From contig CALXBY010000007.1 of NCBI GenBank assembly GCA_944386675.1, positions 897-64,896 of the forward strand: a DNA stretch of 64,000 bases, given 5' to 3'. Source of the DNA: an uncultured Clostridia bacterium. GTDB taxonomy: Bacteria; Bacillota; Clostridia; TANB77; CAG-508. The notes beneath the pieces are model-generated. The model saw only the letters and a list, made by a program, of their open reading frames with translations. It had not been told where the DNA came from and did not search any database. Each line of letters begins with the position of its first letter. The first letter of the stretch is position 1. Positions 42,617 to 53,022 of this stretch are shown one piece after another. A program made the translations under genes and the position numbers.

Positions 42617-43587
42617 AAACAGTTTTAATTACAGGAGGAGCAGGATTTATAGGCTCAAGTTTAGCTGATAGATTATTAGAAGAAAATTATGAAGTAATTA
42701 TTATAGATAATATGACTGAAAATTATAGTGTGAAGCTAAAAAATGCTAATATAAATAGAAATATAAATCATTCACATTATCATTTTTACAAAGTTGATAT
42801 TCGAAATAAAGAGGAAATGGAACAAATTTTTAAAGAAAATACAATAGATAGTGTAATCCATTTAGCAGGATTAGCAGGTGTAAGGAAATCTATTGAAGAG
42901 CCGATTTTGTATGAAGAGGTAAATGGTATTGGAACACAAAATATATTAGAAGTTATGAAAGAAAATAAGGTGAAAAATCTTGTGTTCTCATCATCAAGTT
43001 CTGTGTATGGAAACAGAAATCAAGGTCCATTTAAAGAAAGTGATAATACTGATTATCCAATTAGTCCTTATGCAGCAACTAAAAAGGCAGATGAATTATT
43101 TATATATACATACCATCACTTATATAAAATTAATGCAATGTTGTTAAGATTTTTTACAGTTTATGGACCTAGACAAAGAGGGGATCTAGCAATTAGTAAA
43201 TTTGTAAAAGCAATCTTTGAAGATGAACCAATACAAATGTATGGAGATGGAACGACTTCTAGAGATTACACATATATAGGTGATATTATTGATGGGATTT
43301 GGAAGTCATTAAAATATTTAGAGAAAAATGAAGATATATATGAGATATTAAATATAGGAGAATCTACACCAATCACATTAAAAGATATGATTAAAACCAT
43401 TGAAACAAAAGTAGGAAAAAAAGCAAAAATACTTCAAATGCCAATGCAGATGGGAGATGTTACGACAACATATGCAAGTATAGAAAAGGCAAAAAATATG
43501 ATTGGTTATGCACCTAAAACAAGTTTTGAAGAGGGAATAGAAAAATTTGTGAAGTGGTTTAAAGAAAATAAGGATTTATATGATTAA
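42613..43587 (+). CDS. NAD-dependent epimerase (UDP-glucuronate 4-epimerase-like)
   Basis: TGGAGFIG, HLAGLAGVR, SSSSVYG, YAATKK, RFFTVYGP and RDYTYI motifs. Confidence 0.88.
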   Translation: MKTVLITGGAGFIGSSLADRLLEENYEVIIIDNMTENYSVKLKNANINRNINHSHYHFYKVDIRNKEEMEQIFKENTIDSVIHLAGLAGVRKSIEEPILYEEVNGIGTQNILEVMKENKVKNLVFSSSSSVYGNRNQGPFKESDNTDYPISPYAATKKADELFIYTYHHLYKINAMLLRFFTVYGPRQRGDLAISKFVKAIFEDEPIQMYGDGTTSRDYTYIGDIIDGIWKSLKYLEKNEDIYEILNIGESTPITLKDMIKTIETKVGKKAKILQMPMQMGDVTTTYASIEKAKNMIGYAPKTSFEEGIEKFVKWFKENKDLYD

Positions 43588-43840
43588 ATATGTATATATT
43601 TACATATATATATTCATTTTGTCGAATTATGCGATGAAAAATAAAAAAAGATAAAAGGAACTTGTTGACAAGTTCTTTTTTTGACAGTATACTTTAAGAA
43701 ATTATATAATTTTTAATCAATAGAAATTTCTATCTAGTATTTATTCATTTAATTTTTTAAAAATATCCACAAAAATTTATCCATTAAAGCTCTAGTAAAA
43801 TTCAGAAAGGAGGTTATTTTTTAGTGCACTAAAATTATAT

Positions 43841-44470
43841 ATGAACAGAAAATTTGTTGCAAAAAGTAATTATGTATTAAGAAAAGTTTTAAATTCAGAA
43901 GATAATGTAGATATTTTGAGAGAATTTATAGAAGTTATATTAAATATAAAAATAAAAAAGGCAGGAATAAATCCATATCTGGAAAAAAGAAAGAAAAATT
44001 TACCTGCTGAAGAAAATTTTGGGATTGCGGATTTAAGAATACAAACAGAAGATAAAGAAGAGCTAAATATTGGAATACAAATGATAGATGGAGAACATGT
44101 TTTAACAAAGATGTTTCTATATTTTGCACAAATACATTTTAATCAATCTGAATATGGTGATAATAGAAATTTAACCAAAACAATTACAATTAATATTTTA
44201 GATTTTATATTTACAAAAAGGACTAAATATCACAGTAAGATGATTTTAAAGGATAAAAAAATGATGGGTATTTATAAAGATTGCCTAGAAATGCATGTAA
44301 TAGAATTACCTAAATTTAAGATAAACGAAAATAAAGAAATAACATTAAAAGAAGCGTGGATAAATTATCTAAAAGGAGAAAATATAGAAAAGGCAATTAG
44401 AAGAAGTAAAAAAATTAAAAAATTGGATAATTTACTAAACACATACTGGCAAGATGAAGTTATGGAATAA
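43841..44470 (+). CDS. Rpn/PD-(D/E)XK_2 family protein (probably degenerate)
   Basis: IADLRI..EDKEELNIGIQ, ITINILDF and EMHVIELPKF blocks. Confidence 0.65.
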   Translation: MNRKFVAKSNYVLRKVLNSEDNVDILREFIEVILNIKIKKAGINPYLEKRKKNLPAEENFGIADLRIQTEDKEELNIGIQMIDGEHVLTKMFLYFAQIHFNQSEYGDNRNLTKTITINILDFIFTKRTKYHSKMILKDKKMMGIYKDCLEMHVIELPKFKINENKEITLKEAWINYLKGENIEKAIRRSKKIKKLDNLLNTYWQDEVME

Positions 44471-44564
44471 TAAAAAGGAAGAAGGCACCCATGTGGTTTA
44501 TGGAGCATTCTTCTTTTTTAATCTTGATGTATATTATATATTTTATTCTTTATTACTTTATGAT

Positions 44565-46943
44565 TTAATGTGCATCTGTCAATGTCGGTTTTAATGTAAC
44601 ATTGATGATGGTTCCTTCAGGCACTAATTCATCTTTTGTATAATCTTGTGTTGTTACAATTCCAGAACCAGTAACACTAATATTAAGATTTTTTGATCTT
44701 AATGCATTTGTTGCTTGTGAAAGATTCATTCCAGATAAATCAGGAACACTTACAGATGTTGCAATAGTATTTCCTTCACCGTATAGCATAATAATAGAAT
44801 TGCTAGATAATTGAGCACCTGGCTTTGGTGTTTGGTCTGCAACTAAAGTAGAATTTTCATCTCCAGAAGAGGTAACTTTACATGTAAATCCTGCATCAGA
44901 AAGGATTTTTTTAGCTTCTGTTATTGTTTTATTTCTAACATCAGGAACAGTAATTAAATCATCAGAATTTTCGTTGTTTGTTGCATCAGAAGGGACTCCT
45001 AAATATGGTAAAATTTCTGTTAACATTTGTGAAACAACAGGAGCAGCAACAGAACCACCTTGGTATCCATATTTTTTATTTTGTGGGTCATATAATGTAA
45101 GTAATACAACAACTTGTGTATCTTCAACAGGAGAAATTGCCACAAATGAAGATACATATCCATCATCTTTGTTTGCTTCTGTAGGCTCAGAAGTTCCAGA
45201 TTTACCACCAATAGAATATCCAGAAACAGAAACATTTTTTCCAGTTCCTTCTAAAACAACAGATTCCATCATAGATTTTACTTGAGAAGCAGTTGTTTTA
45301 GAGATAACTTGTCTAACCTCTGTAGGCTGTGTTTCAGTAACAGCACCTGTATCTGTATTTGTAATTGATTTTATGATATTTGGCTTCATTAAAACACCAT
45401 CATTTGCTACACAAGAAATAGCAGTAATCATTTGAAGAGGTGTTACTTGAAATCTTTGACCAAATGCATATGTTGCAAGTTCAACAGGACCAATTTCATC
45501 TAAATCATGGAAGATACTTGTTTGTTCACCATATAGACCTGAATTTGTACTTTCAAATAATCCAAAAGCTTGATAATATTTATATAAAGTAGGAGCACCT
45601 ATTCTTTGTGCTAATTGTATAAAAGCAGGGTTACAAGAATTGCATAGAGCTTGTCTTAAAGTTTGAGAACCATGAGGGTTATAATTTCTCCAACAATTAA
45701 TAATTCTATCTTCGACTTCTTCATATCCTTTACAATAAAAGTCTCCTGCTTTATCAGTAGTTGTAATGCCTTCTTCTAAAGCAACACTAGCAGTGATGAT
45801 TTTAAAGGTAGAGCCTGGCTCATAACTATCTGAAACAGATTTATTAGCCCACATTTTATATAAGGCTTCATTTTTTTCTTCATCTGATAATGAATCATAA
45901 GTTTTAGCTAATGTAGAATTTGGTGTATAAGGTGAGTTTAGGTCATAATCTGGGTAACAAGCCATTCCTAAAATATCACCAGTTTGTGGATTCATAACAA
46001 TGACATTTCCGCCATCTTCGCATTCATATTTTTCTACGGCTTGCTCTAAATATTTTTCAATAATTGATTGGATATTTAAATCAATTGTAAGGGTAATGTC
46101 ACTACCATTTTCAGCAGAAATATAGGTTTCTTCTGCATTTGGTATTTCATTTTGACTACTATCTTTAGAACTTACAATTTTTCCTGGAGTACCTGTTAAA
46201 ACAGAATCCCATTTTGATTCGATTCCGCTCAAACCTTGGTTATCAGAACCACAAAATCCAATAACACTTGATGCTAAATCTCCATAAGGATAATAACGTT
46301 TATTGTCTTCATCTATATTAATACCTACAGAAATATCATTTTGTTCCATCCAAGCTTCTAATTCATCTACTTTTTCTTGTTCAACTTTTTTTACAATGGT
46401 TTCAACTTGTGCACTACTATTTACTTTTTCTAATGTTTCATTATAATCTAATCCAAATATATCAGAGAATCCTTTAGCAACTGTTTCTTTTAAGGTTTTC
46501 GTTTCTTCATCTGAATCACCTTTTATTTTTGTAGGATTAATCGTTATGGTATCTACTTGTGCACTAATAGCTAAAGCTTTTCCAGTAGAGTCATAAATAT
46601 TTCCTCTCTTAGGACTAAGGATTTGGTTAATGGTTTGTTGTTGGTAAGCAAGTTCAGTTAAATAAGCACCATCAACAAATTGTAGATAACCGATTCTTCC
46701 TAAAAGTAAAATAAATAGAATAACAATAACAATAAATGTATTCCTTAATTTTGAAGTATAAATTAAGTTTGTACCATCAAATTTTCGATTTAAATTGATA
46801 ATATTAGATTCTTTAGTTATTTTTGTATCTGCATTTATTTTATGATGTTTTATATTAGAATCTTTTGTTTTATGATTACTAGAATTTGGTGTATTTGATT
46901 TATGTATATGTTTATTTTTTAAATCTTTTTTATTTCTATCCAT
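44565..46943 (-). CDS. Class B penicillin-binding protein (FtsI/SpoVD paralog) with two PASTA domains
   Basis: RGNIYD, YEPGSTFK, SCN and KSGT motifs; two C-terminal VPD..G/N PASTA repeats. Confidence 0.88.
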   Translation of the reverse strand: MDRNKKDLKNKHIHKSNTPNSSNHKTKDSNIKHHKINADTKITKESNIINLNRKFDGTNLIYTSKLRNTFIVIVILFILLLGRIGYLQFVDGAYLTELAYQQQTINQILSPKRGNIYDSTGKALAISAQVDTITINPTKIKGDSDEETKTLKETVAKGFSDIFGLDYNETLEKVNSSAQVETIVKKVEQEKVDELEAWMEQNDISVGINIDEDNKRYYPYGDLASSVIGFCGSDNQGLSGIESKWDSVLTGTPGKIVSSKDSSQNEIPNAEETYISAENGSDITLTIDLNIQSIIEKYLEQAVEKYECEDGGNVIVMNPQTGDILGMACYPDYDLNSPYTPNSTLAKTYDSLSDEEKNEALYKMWANKSVSDSYEPGSTFKIITASVALEEGITTTDKAGDFYCKGYEEVEDRIINCWRNYNPHGSQTLRQALCNSCNPAFIQLAQRIGAPTLYKYYQAFGLFESTNSGLYGEQTSIFHDLDEIGPVELATYAFGQRFQVTPLQMITAISCVANDGVLMKPNIIKSITNTDTGAVTETQPTEVRQVISKTTASQVKSMMESVVLEGTGKNVSVSGYSIGGKSGTSEPTEANKDDGYVSSFVAISPVEDTQVVVLLTLYDPQNKKYGYQGGSVAAPVVSQMLTEILPYLGVPSDATNNENSDDLITVPDVRNKTITEAKKILSDAGFTCKVTSSGDENSTLVADQTPKPGAQLSSNSIIMLYGEGNTIATSVSVPDLSGMNLSQATNALRSKNLNISVTGSGIVTTQDYTKDELVPEGTIINVTLKPTLTDAH

Positions 46944-47139
46944 AAATTCGCCTCTTTTGTTAAAAATTTGCAATTTTATTGTATCTTAAAAACATAGAAA
47001 AAGCAAGAAATACACACAAAATTTACAATTTAAATAGAAAGAAAAAACAAGAAGGAATATAGATAATTTATGTAAAATATTGAAAAAAACATGGTTATAC
47101 ACTATAATATACATGTATAAAAAGAAAGGAATTATAGAT

Positions 47140-48006
47140 ATGAGTAATGTTTTAGAAGATACACAATTCATTATGAAAAAATATAAAATTAAAGCAAATA
47201 AATCTTTGGGACAAAATTTTTTGATTAGTGAACAAGTTGTTAATAAAATTGTGGAATGTAGTAGCATAACAAAAGAAGATTTAGTAATTGAAATAGGACC
47301 AGGATTAGGTACATTAACAAAAGAATTGCTAGAAAAAGCAGGAAAAGTTATTTGTATTGAATTAGACAAAAAAATGATAAAGATATTGCAAGATAGATTT
47401 TCTTTATATGAAAATTTTGAGATTATTCATGCAGATGTATTAAATGTGAGATTAAATAAAATAATTAAAGATGAAAAGGAAGAAAAAGGATTTAAAAGTG
47501 CGAAAATTGTAGCAAATTTACCATATTATATAACTACACCAATTATTATGAAACTATTAGAAGATAGATTAGATTTAGAAAGCATAACTGTCATGATACA
47601 AAAAGAAGTGGCTGACAGATTAATTGCAATTCCTGGACAAAAAGAAACAGGAGCAATTACATATTCTGTATATTATTACGCAACAGCTGAAGGGATTTTG
47701 GAAGTTCCAAATGATTCTTTTATACCAGAGCCAGAAGTAACATCAAAAGTCATTAAACTAACTTTAAGAAAAGAACCTCCAGTGGAAGTGAAAAGTAGAG
47801 GCGTTATGTTTAAAATCATAAAAAGTGCATTTATGCAAAGAAGAAAAACATTATTAAATGCCTTAACAAATACAAAAGTATTTATGAGCAAAGATGAAGG
47901 ATTAAAAATTTTAAAAGAACTAAATTTAGACGAAAATGTAAGAGCTGAAAATTTAACATTAGAAAATTTTGCGCAAATAACCAATAAAATATTGGTAGAT
48001 GAATAA
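47140..48006 (+). CDS. rsmA: 16S rRNA dimethyladenosine transferase RsmA/KsgA
   Basis: KSLGQNFL, EIGPGLG, ANLPYYITT, MIQKEVADR and QRRKTL. Confidence 0.95.
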   Translation: MSNVLEDTQFIMKKYKIKANKSLGQNFLISEQVVNKIVECSSITKEDLVIEIGPGLGTLTKELLEKAGKVICIELDKKMIKILQDRFSLYENFEIIHADVLNVRLNKIIKDEKEEKGFKSAKIVANLPYYITTPIIMKLLEDRLDLESITVMIQKEVADRLIAIPGQKETGAITYSVYYYATAEGILEVPNDSFIPEPEVTSKVIKLTLRKEPPVEVKSRGVMFKIIKSAFMQRRKTLLNALTNTKVFMSKDEGLKILKELNLDENVRAENLTLENFAQITNKILVDE

Positions 48007-48061
48007 AGCCTTTGCAGAAATTTTAGTAAATATATAAAGTTAAAAAGAAACTGAGGGAAAT

Positions 48062-48580
48062 ATGGAGAAAAGAGAATTACTAGATAAAAATAGAAAACAA
48101 ACAGGAGAAATAACAATGACAGATGGTAATAGACCAGAAGGAAAATATATACCAATTGTCATTATAATTATAAGAAACAATCAAAATGAATTTCTAATTC
48201 AGAAAAGAGCAGAAAAAAAGAACGGAAAATGGGCATCAACAGGTGGACATGTCATCATGGGAGAAAATAGTTTACAGGCAATTTTAAGAGAGGTATCAGA
48301 AGAAATTGGCTTGCTTTTAAAGGAAAATGAAATAGAGATGGTATTTACGAAAAAAACATATGACTGTTTTGTAGATATTTATTATGCAAAAAAAGATGTA
48401 GATGTAAGAAAACTAAAATTACAAAAGGAAGAAGTAGATAAAGTAAAATGGGCAAACATTGATGAAATTGAAGATATGAAACGAAATGGAGAATTTTTAA
48501 AATCACACTATGATTGTTTAAAAGAATGCATATATTTTTTAGAAAAAGTAGAAGAGGAGAAAAAAGAATGTATAAATTAG
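48062..48580 (+). CDS. NUDIX hydrolase
   Basis: Nudix box GGHVIMGENSLQAILREVSEEIG. Confidence 0.88.
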   Translation: MEKRELLDKNRKQTGEITMTDGNRPEGKYIPIVIIIIRNNQNEFLIQKRAEKKNGKWASTGGHVIMGENSLQAILREVSEEIGLLLKENEIEMVFTKKTYDCFVDIYYAKKDVDVRKLKLQKEEVDKVKWANIDEIEDMKRNGEFLKSHYDCLKECIYFLEKVEEEKKECIN

Positions 48581-49377
48581 TAGCAGTAGATTTAGATGGT
48601 ACATTAGTAACAGATGATAAAAGATTGACCTCTAAAACGGTAGAGGTCATAAAAAACGCATCAAAAAAAGGTGTAAAAATTATGATTTCAAGTGCGAGGT
48701 CATTTTATAGATTAGAAAAATTTATAGATGAATTAGGGTTAAGAAATGAAGAACAATGCACAATTTGTTTTAATGGAAGTATGATTGTAGAAAATACAAT
48801 AGGAAAAGTACTATATTCCAAAAGTTTAGAAGCATATGAAGTAAAAGAAATAATAGAATTAGGAAAAAGATTAGATGTTCCAATGATGCTATATGCAAAA
48901 GAAATGAACTTTGTAGAAGAAATCCCAGAAATTGTAGCTAAAAATAAAAACTCAAGAGGGATAAATTTTTATATTGGAGATTTTAATAAAACAGATTTTG
49001 GGAAAGAAGAAAATCAAATTTATCGAATTGCTTTCATAGACAAACCAGAAAGAATACTAGATATACGAAATAAAATGCCAAAAGAATTTTTTGAAAAATA
49101 TGAAATAACAAGTAGTGTTCCAGAATACATTGAGTTTGTAAAAAAAGGAATCAAAAAATCAGAAGCCATCAAATTTATCATGGAAAAATATAATATCAAG
49201 CAAGATGAAGTTATTGCAATTGGAGATGGAGAAAATGACATAGAAATGATAAAATTTGCAGGATTAGGAATTGCAATGGGAAATGCAAAAGATGATGTAA
49301 AAAAAGCAGCAAATGATATAACAAGTTCTAATAATCATGATGGTGTTGCAAATGCAATTGAGAAATATATATTATAA
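48568..49377 (+). CDS. Cof-type HAD phosphatase
   Basis: DLDGTL, GDGENDIEM and GIAMGNA motifs. Confidence 0.9.
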   Translation: MYKLVAVDLDGTLVTDDKRLTSKTVEVIKNASKKGVKIMISSARSFYRLEKFIDELGLRNEEQCTICFNGSMIVENTIGKVLYSKSLEAYEVKEIIELGKRLDVPMMLYAKEMNFVEEIPEIVAKNKNSRGINFYIGDFNKTDFGKEENQIYRIAFIDKPERILDIRNKMPKEFFEKYEITSSVPEYIEFVKKGIKKSEAIKFIMEKYNIKQDEVIAIGDGENDIEMIKFAGLGIAMGNAKDDVKKAANDITSSNNHDGVANAIEKYIL

Positions 49378-49508
49378 GATAGAATAAAAAAAGTGGATGA
49401 CATGAAACTTTAAAAATACTAAAAAGATTTAAAATATATTTGCGAGTTAAGCGCGAAAAATTAAAAGGAGAGCAAAAGTTCCCCTTAAATTTTATAGAAA
49501 AATATAAA

Positions 49509-49706
49509 TTAATTATCTTCTGTATCTTCCATAATTTTTAAATTCTTAATTGCAAATTTTAAACTATCATTAATAAACTCATTTATAGATATGAGATTAT
49601 TATCATTTACAATTTTTCTAACACTTTCTAAAACGTCAGTTTCTATTCTTGCAGTAAATTGTGTATAATCTTTTTTCTTTCTACTTTTTACTATAAAATC
49701 AGCCAT
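49509..49706 (-). CDS. Small ribbon-helix-helix-like DNA-binding protein
   Basis: GAGGTG SD; QFTARIETDVLESVRKIV...SINEFINDSLKFAI fits a beta-alpha-alpha pattern. Confidence 0.55.
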   Translation of the reverse strand: MADFIVKSRKKKDYTQFTARIETDVLESVRKIVNDNNLISINEFINDSLKFAIKNLKIMEDTEDN

Positions 49707-50035
49707 TTTTACCACCTCAAGTAAATTTTATTATAATCAGTTTTACATGAATATATTCATAAATGAAACTATTATTAAATTCACTATTGACTTATAAACT
49801 AAAAAAGTATAAAATTAGAAACGAAAAGACTATCTTAGACAATTTAATGATAGTAAAAGATGTGTGACAATTTTGCAACAAAATGTAATAATAAGGCATT
49901 TTTAAATACTATACATTTTTTATTTGTTAATGACATACACAATATATTTTGTTGAAAACAAAGAATAAAATAAGTTACGCATAATTTATAAAATTTATAA
50001 AATACTAAAAACAAATGAAAAGGAGAAAAATTATT

Positions 50036-51438
50036 ATGAAAAAAACAAAAAAACAACTAGAAAAACGGAATTACGCTTATTGCCCTTGTTATAACTATCA
50101 TTGTTCTTCTAATATTGGCAGGAGTAAGCATTGCAATGCTAACAGGAGAAAATGGAATACTTTCAAAAGCACAAAAAGCTAAAATAGAAACAGAGCGAGC
50201 ACAAGCAAATGAGGAAAGTATATTAAATACTTATGAGGATTATTTAAGCCAATATGCAAATGGTGGGTATGTAGAAAGTAAAGGCGTAAATGCACCAGCA
50301 TTAAAAGATGGAATGGAACTTGTAACTTATAATGAAGAAACTAGAAATTGGGAGACAAATAATTCTAGCTCAGCTTATGATTATGTAGCAGGAGAAGGAA
50401 CTAAAGATAATAATTCTAGTAAATGGGCAAATGCAAAAGTAACAATAGATGGAGTAGATAGCTACTTTGTATGGATACCAAGATATGCATATAAGATAAC
50501 ATATAATGGAGATAGAACAGGCGGAACAATAGATGTAAAGTTCTTAATAGGAACAACAGACAATTATTATGATGAAAATGGAACTTTACAAACAGCAAAA
50601 AGAGCAACAACAGGACATGAAGATACAACAAGTGATTATTATGTACATCCAGCTTTTACTAATAATGTAAATTTAGGTGGTTGGAGTTCGGAATTAACAG
50701 GAATATGGGTTGGAAAATATGAGTCAGCTAGAAGTGATTCAGAAGGAACGACACAGGGAAGTAGTACAGTAATAAAAATACAACCAAGAGTAGTAAGTTG
50801 GATCGGGAATACAACTATAAATGAAATGTACAAATATGCAAGAGCATATTCAGAAAGCTTAAATAGTCATATGCTAAAAAATAGTGAATGGGGAGTAGTA
50901 GCATACTTAACACATAGTAAGTACCGGAAGAAACGGAAACGAAGTTACGATAAATAATAGTAGTCAGTTTATAACTGGATCAGCTGGAGGTAGTGTAAGT
51001 GCAGCAGAGAACGAAGGTACAACAAATGATTATGCAAGTAGCCAAGGAGTACTTGCAAGTAGTACAGGAAATGTGTATGGAATATATGATTTGTCAGGAG
51101 GGGCATATGAATATGTGGCATCATATGCAAAAAATGGAAATAGTACGATATTAGAAAATGGAAATTTATTTGCTGATGGTTCGAGCGATGGATATTCAAC
51201 AGCTTATGAAGGAACAGTGGCTAGCACGAATTATATAATCGGTGATGCAACTAATGAAACAAATGGGTGGAATAAAGACGGAGATAAGGGCTTTTTTGTA
51301 AATCATGATGCTCCATTTTTTAATCGAGGTGGAAGATATAGTAATGTGGAAAGAGCAGGAATATTTTTCTTTTATCGTGGTAATGGAGATAATGCAGGGG
51401 TTGCAACAAGTTTTAGACTTGCTCTAGTTATAAAATAA
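50036..51438 (+). CDS. Type IV pilin-like protein with C-terminal C-type-lectin/FGE-like domain; two +1 frameshifts at CGG 50066 and CGG 50925
   Basis: AAGGAG SD; MKKTKKQLEK[c]GITLIALVITIIVLLILAGVS ... HSKY[c]GRNGNEV ... RGG...FR. Both joints match intact paralogs in the window. Confidence 0.8.
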
Positions 51439-51521
51439 AATTTGCTAAAATCTAAAAAAGTTATAAAATACAATAATACAGTAAATAATAAATGTACTAT
51501 TTAAGTTAGCAGTAATATATA

Positions 51522-51563
51522 AGATAAGAATTAGGTGTAGTGATCCCTAGTTCTTATTTTTTT
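51522..51563 (+). terminator. Intrinsic terminator
   Basis: ATAAGAATTAGG...CCTAGTTCTTAT stem followed by a T tract. Confidence 0.6.
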
Positions 51564-51642
51564 GTAAAAGTGGATTATATAAGCACACCTTTTATGTAAA
51601 GAAAACATAAAATATAACAAAAACATAAAAGGAGGAGAAAAG

Positions 51643-52897
51643 ATGTCTAGCTACATAATAAAAGGAGGAAATAGGCTAGAGGGAACTGTGAAAATATCAG
51701 GCTCTAAAAATTCTAGCCTGCCAATTATAGCAGCAACCATATTAAATGGTGGAGAAACAACCTTATATAATGTACCAAACATACATGACACACAAATGAT
51801 GTTTGAAATTTTAAGAAAAATAGGAGGAAAAGTAACCAAAAAGAAGAATAAAGTAATTATTGATACAAAAGGAATTAATAAATATGAAATACCAGAAGAA
51901 TTAATGAGACAAATGCGTTCTTCTGTGATTTTTGCAGGAAGTTTGCTAGGAAAATATAGAAAATGTACATTATCATATCCAGGAGGATGTGATATTGGAA
52001 CAAGACCAATTGATTTACATTTAAAAGCATTTGAAAAATTAGGAATAAATATTGATAAAAACTATGGAAAAATAACATGTAGTTGTGATAAAATAAACGG
52101 AGAAAAAATTGATTTTGAATTTCCAAGTGTCGGAGCAACAGAAAATGCTATCTTAGCAAGTTGCTTAGGAGAAGGTGTAACAACTATTACAAATGCAGCG
52201 AGGGAACCTGAGATTATAGATTTGCAAAATTTTTTAAATAAAATGGGAGCAAAAGTAAAAGGAGCAGGCTCTAATAAAATTGAAGTTGTGGGTGTTAAAA
52301 AGCTAAAAGATGTTAGTTATAATATTATGCCAGATAGAATAGAAACAGGAACTTTTTTATGTATGGCAGCTATGACAAATGGAAATTTAATTTTAGAAAA
52401 TATTAATAATGCACATATTGTACCAATTGTTAATAAACTAGAAGAATGTGGCTGTAATTTAGATATAAAAGGAAATACAATAGAAATTAATGCACCTAAA
52501 AGATTAAAAGCAACAGATATAAAAACAATGCCATATCCAGGATTTCCAACAGATATGCAGTCAATATTTGCAACAGCATTGACGATTGCAAAAGGAACAT
52601 CTGTAATTGTAGAAAATATATTTGAAAATCGATATAAATATACACGGGGAATTAGTTAGAATGGGAGCAAAAATAACAATTGAGGGAAGAACAGCAATCA
52701 TTAAAGGTGTTAGAAAATTGTATGGTGCAAATGTAAAAGCGACAGATTTAAGAGGTGGAGCGGCATTAGTTATGGCAGCATTATCCACAAAAGGAGAATC
52801 AAAAGTGGAAAATATTGAATATATATTAAGAGGCTATGATAGCTTTGAAGATAAAATACGAGGAATAAATGGAAATATACAAAAACAAATAGATTAA
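51643..52897 (+). CDS. murA: UDP-GlcNAc enolpyruvyl transferase MurA; +1 frameshift at CGG 52645
   Basis: SGSKN, PGGCDIGTRPIDLH, PDRIE, PYPGFPTDMQ, FENRYKYT[c]GELVRMGA, ATDLRGGAAL and RGY. Confidence 0.92.
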
Positions 52898-53022
52898 GAA
52901 AAATAAAATAATTTTTTCGTTTCTTAAGAACCTAAAATTAATATTGTTAAAGAATAATGAAAAAGTAAAGTTCTTAAGAAGCGAAAAAGTTCCTAAATAA
53001 CATAAGAGAAGGAGGTATCAAA

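Noticed and set aside
43820-43843. Possible non-CGG frameshift at the start of the Rpn-like gene (GTG-CA-CTA...)
   Set aside because: Cannot be supported without homologs, and an in-frame ATG exists at 43841. It would be a counterexample to the CGG-only pattern if real.
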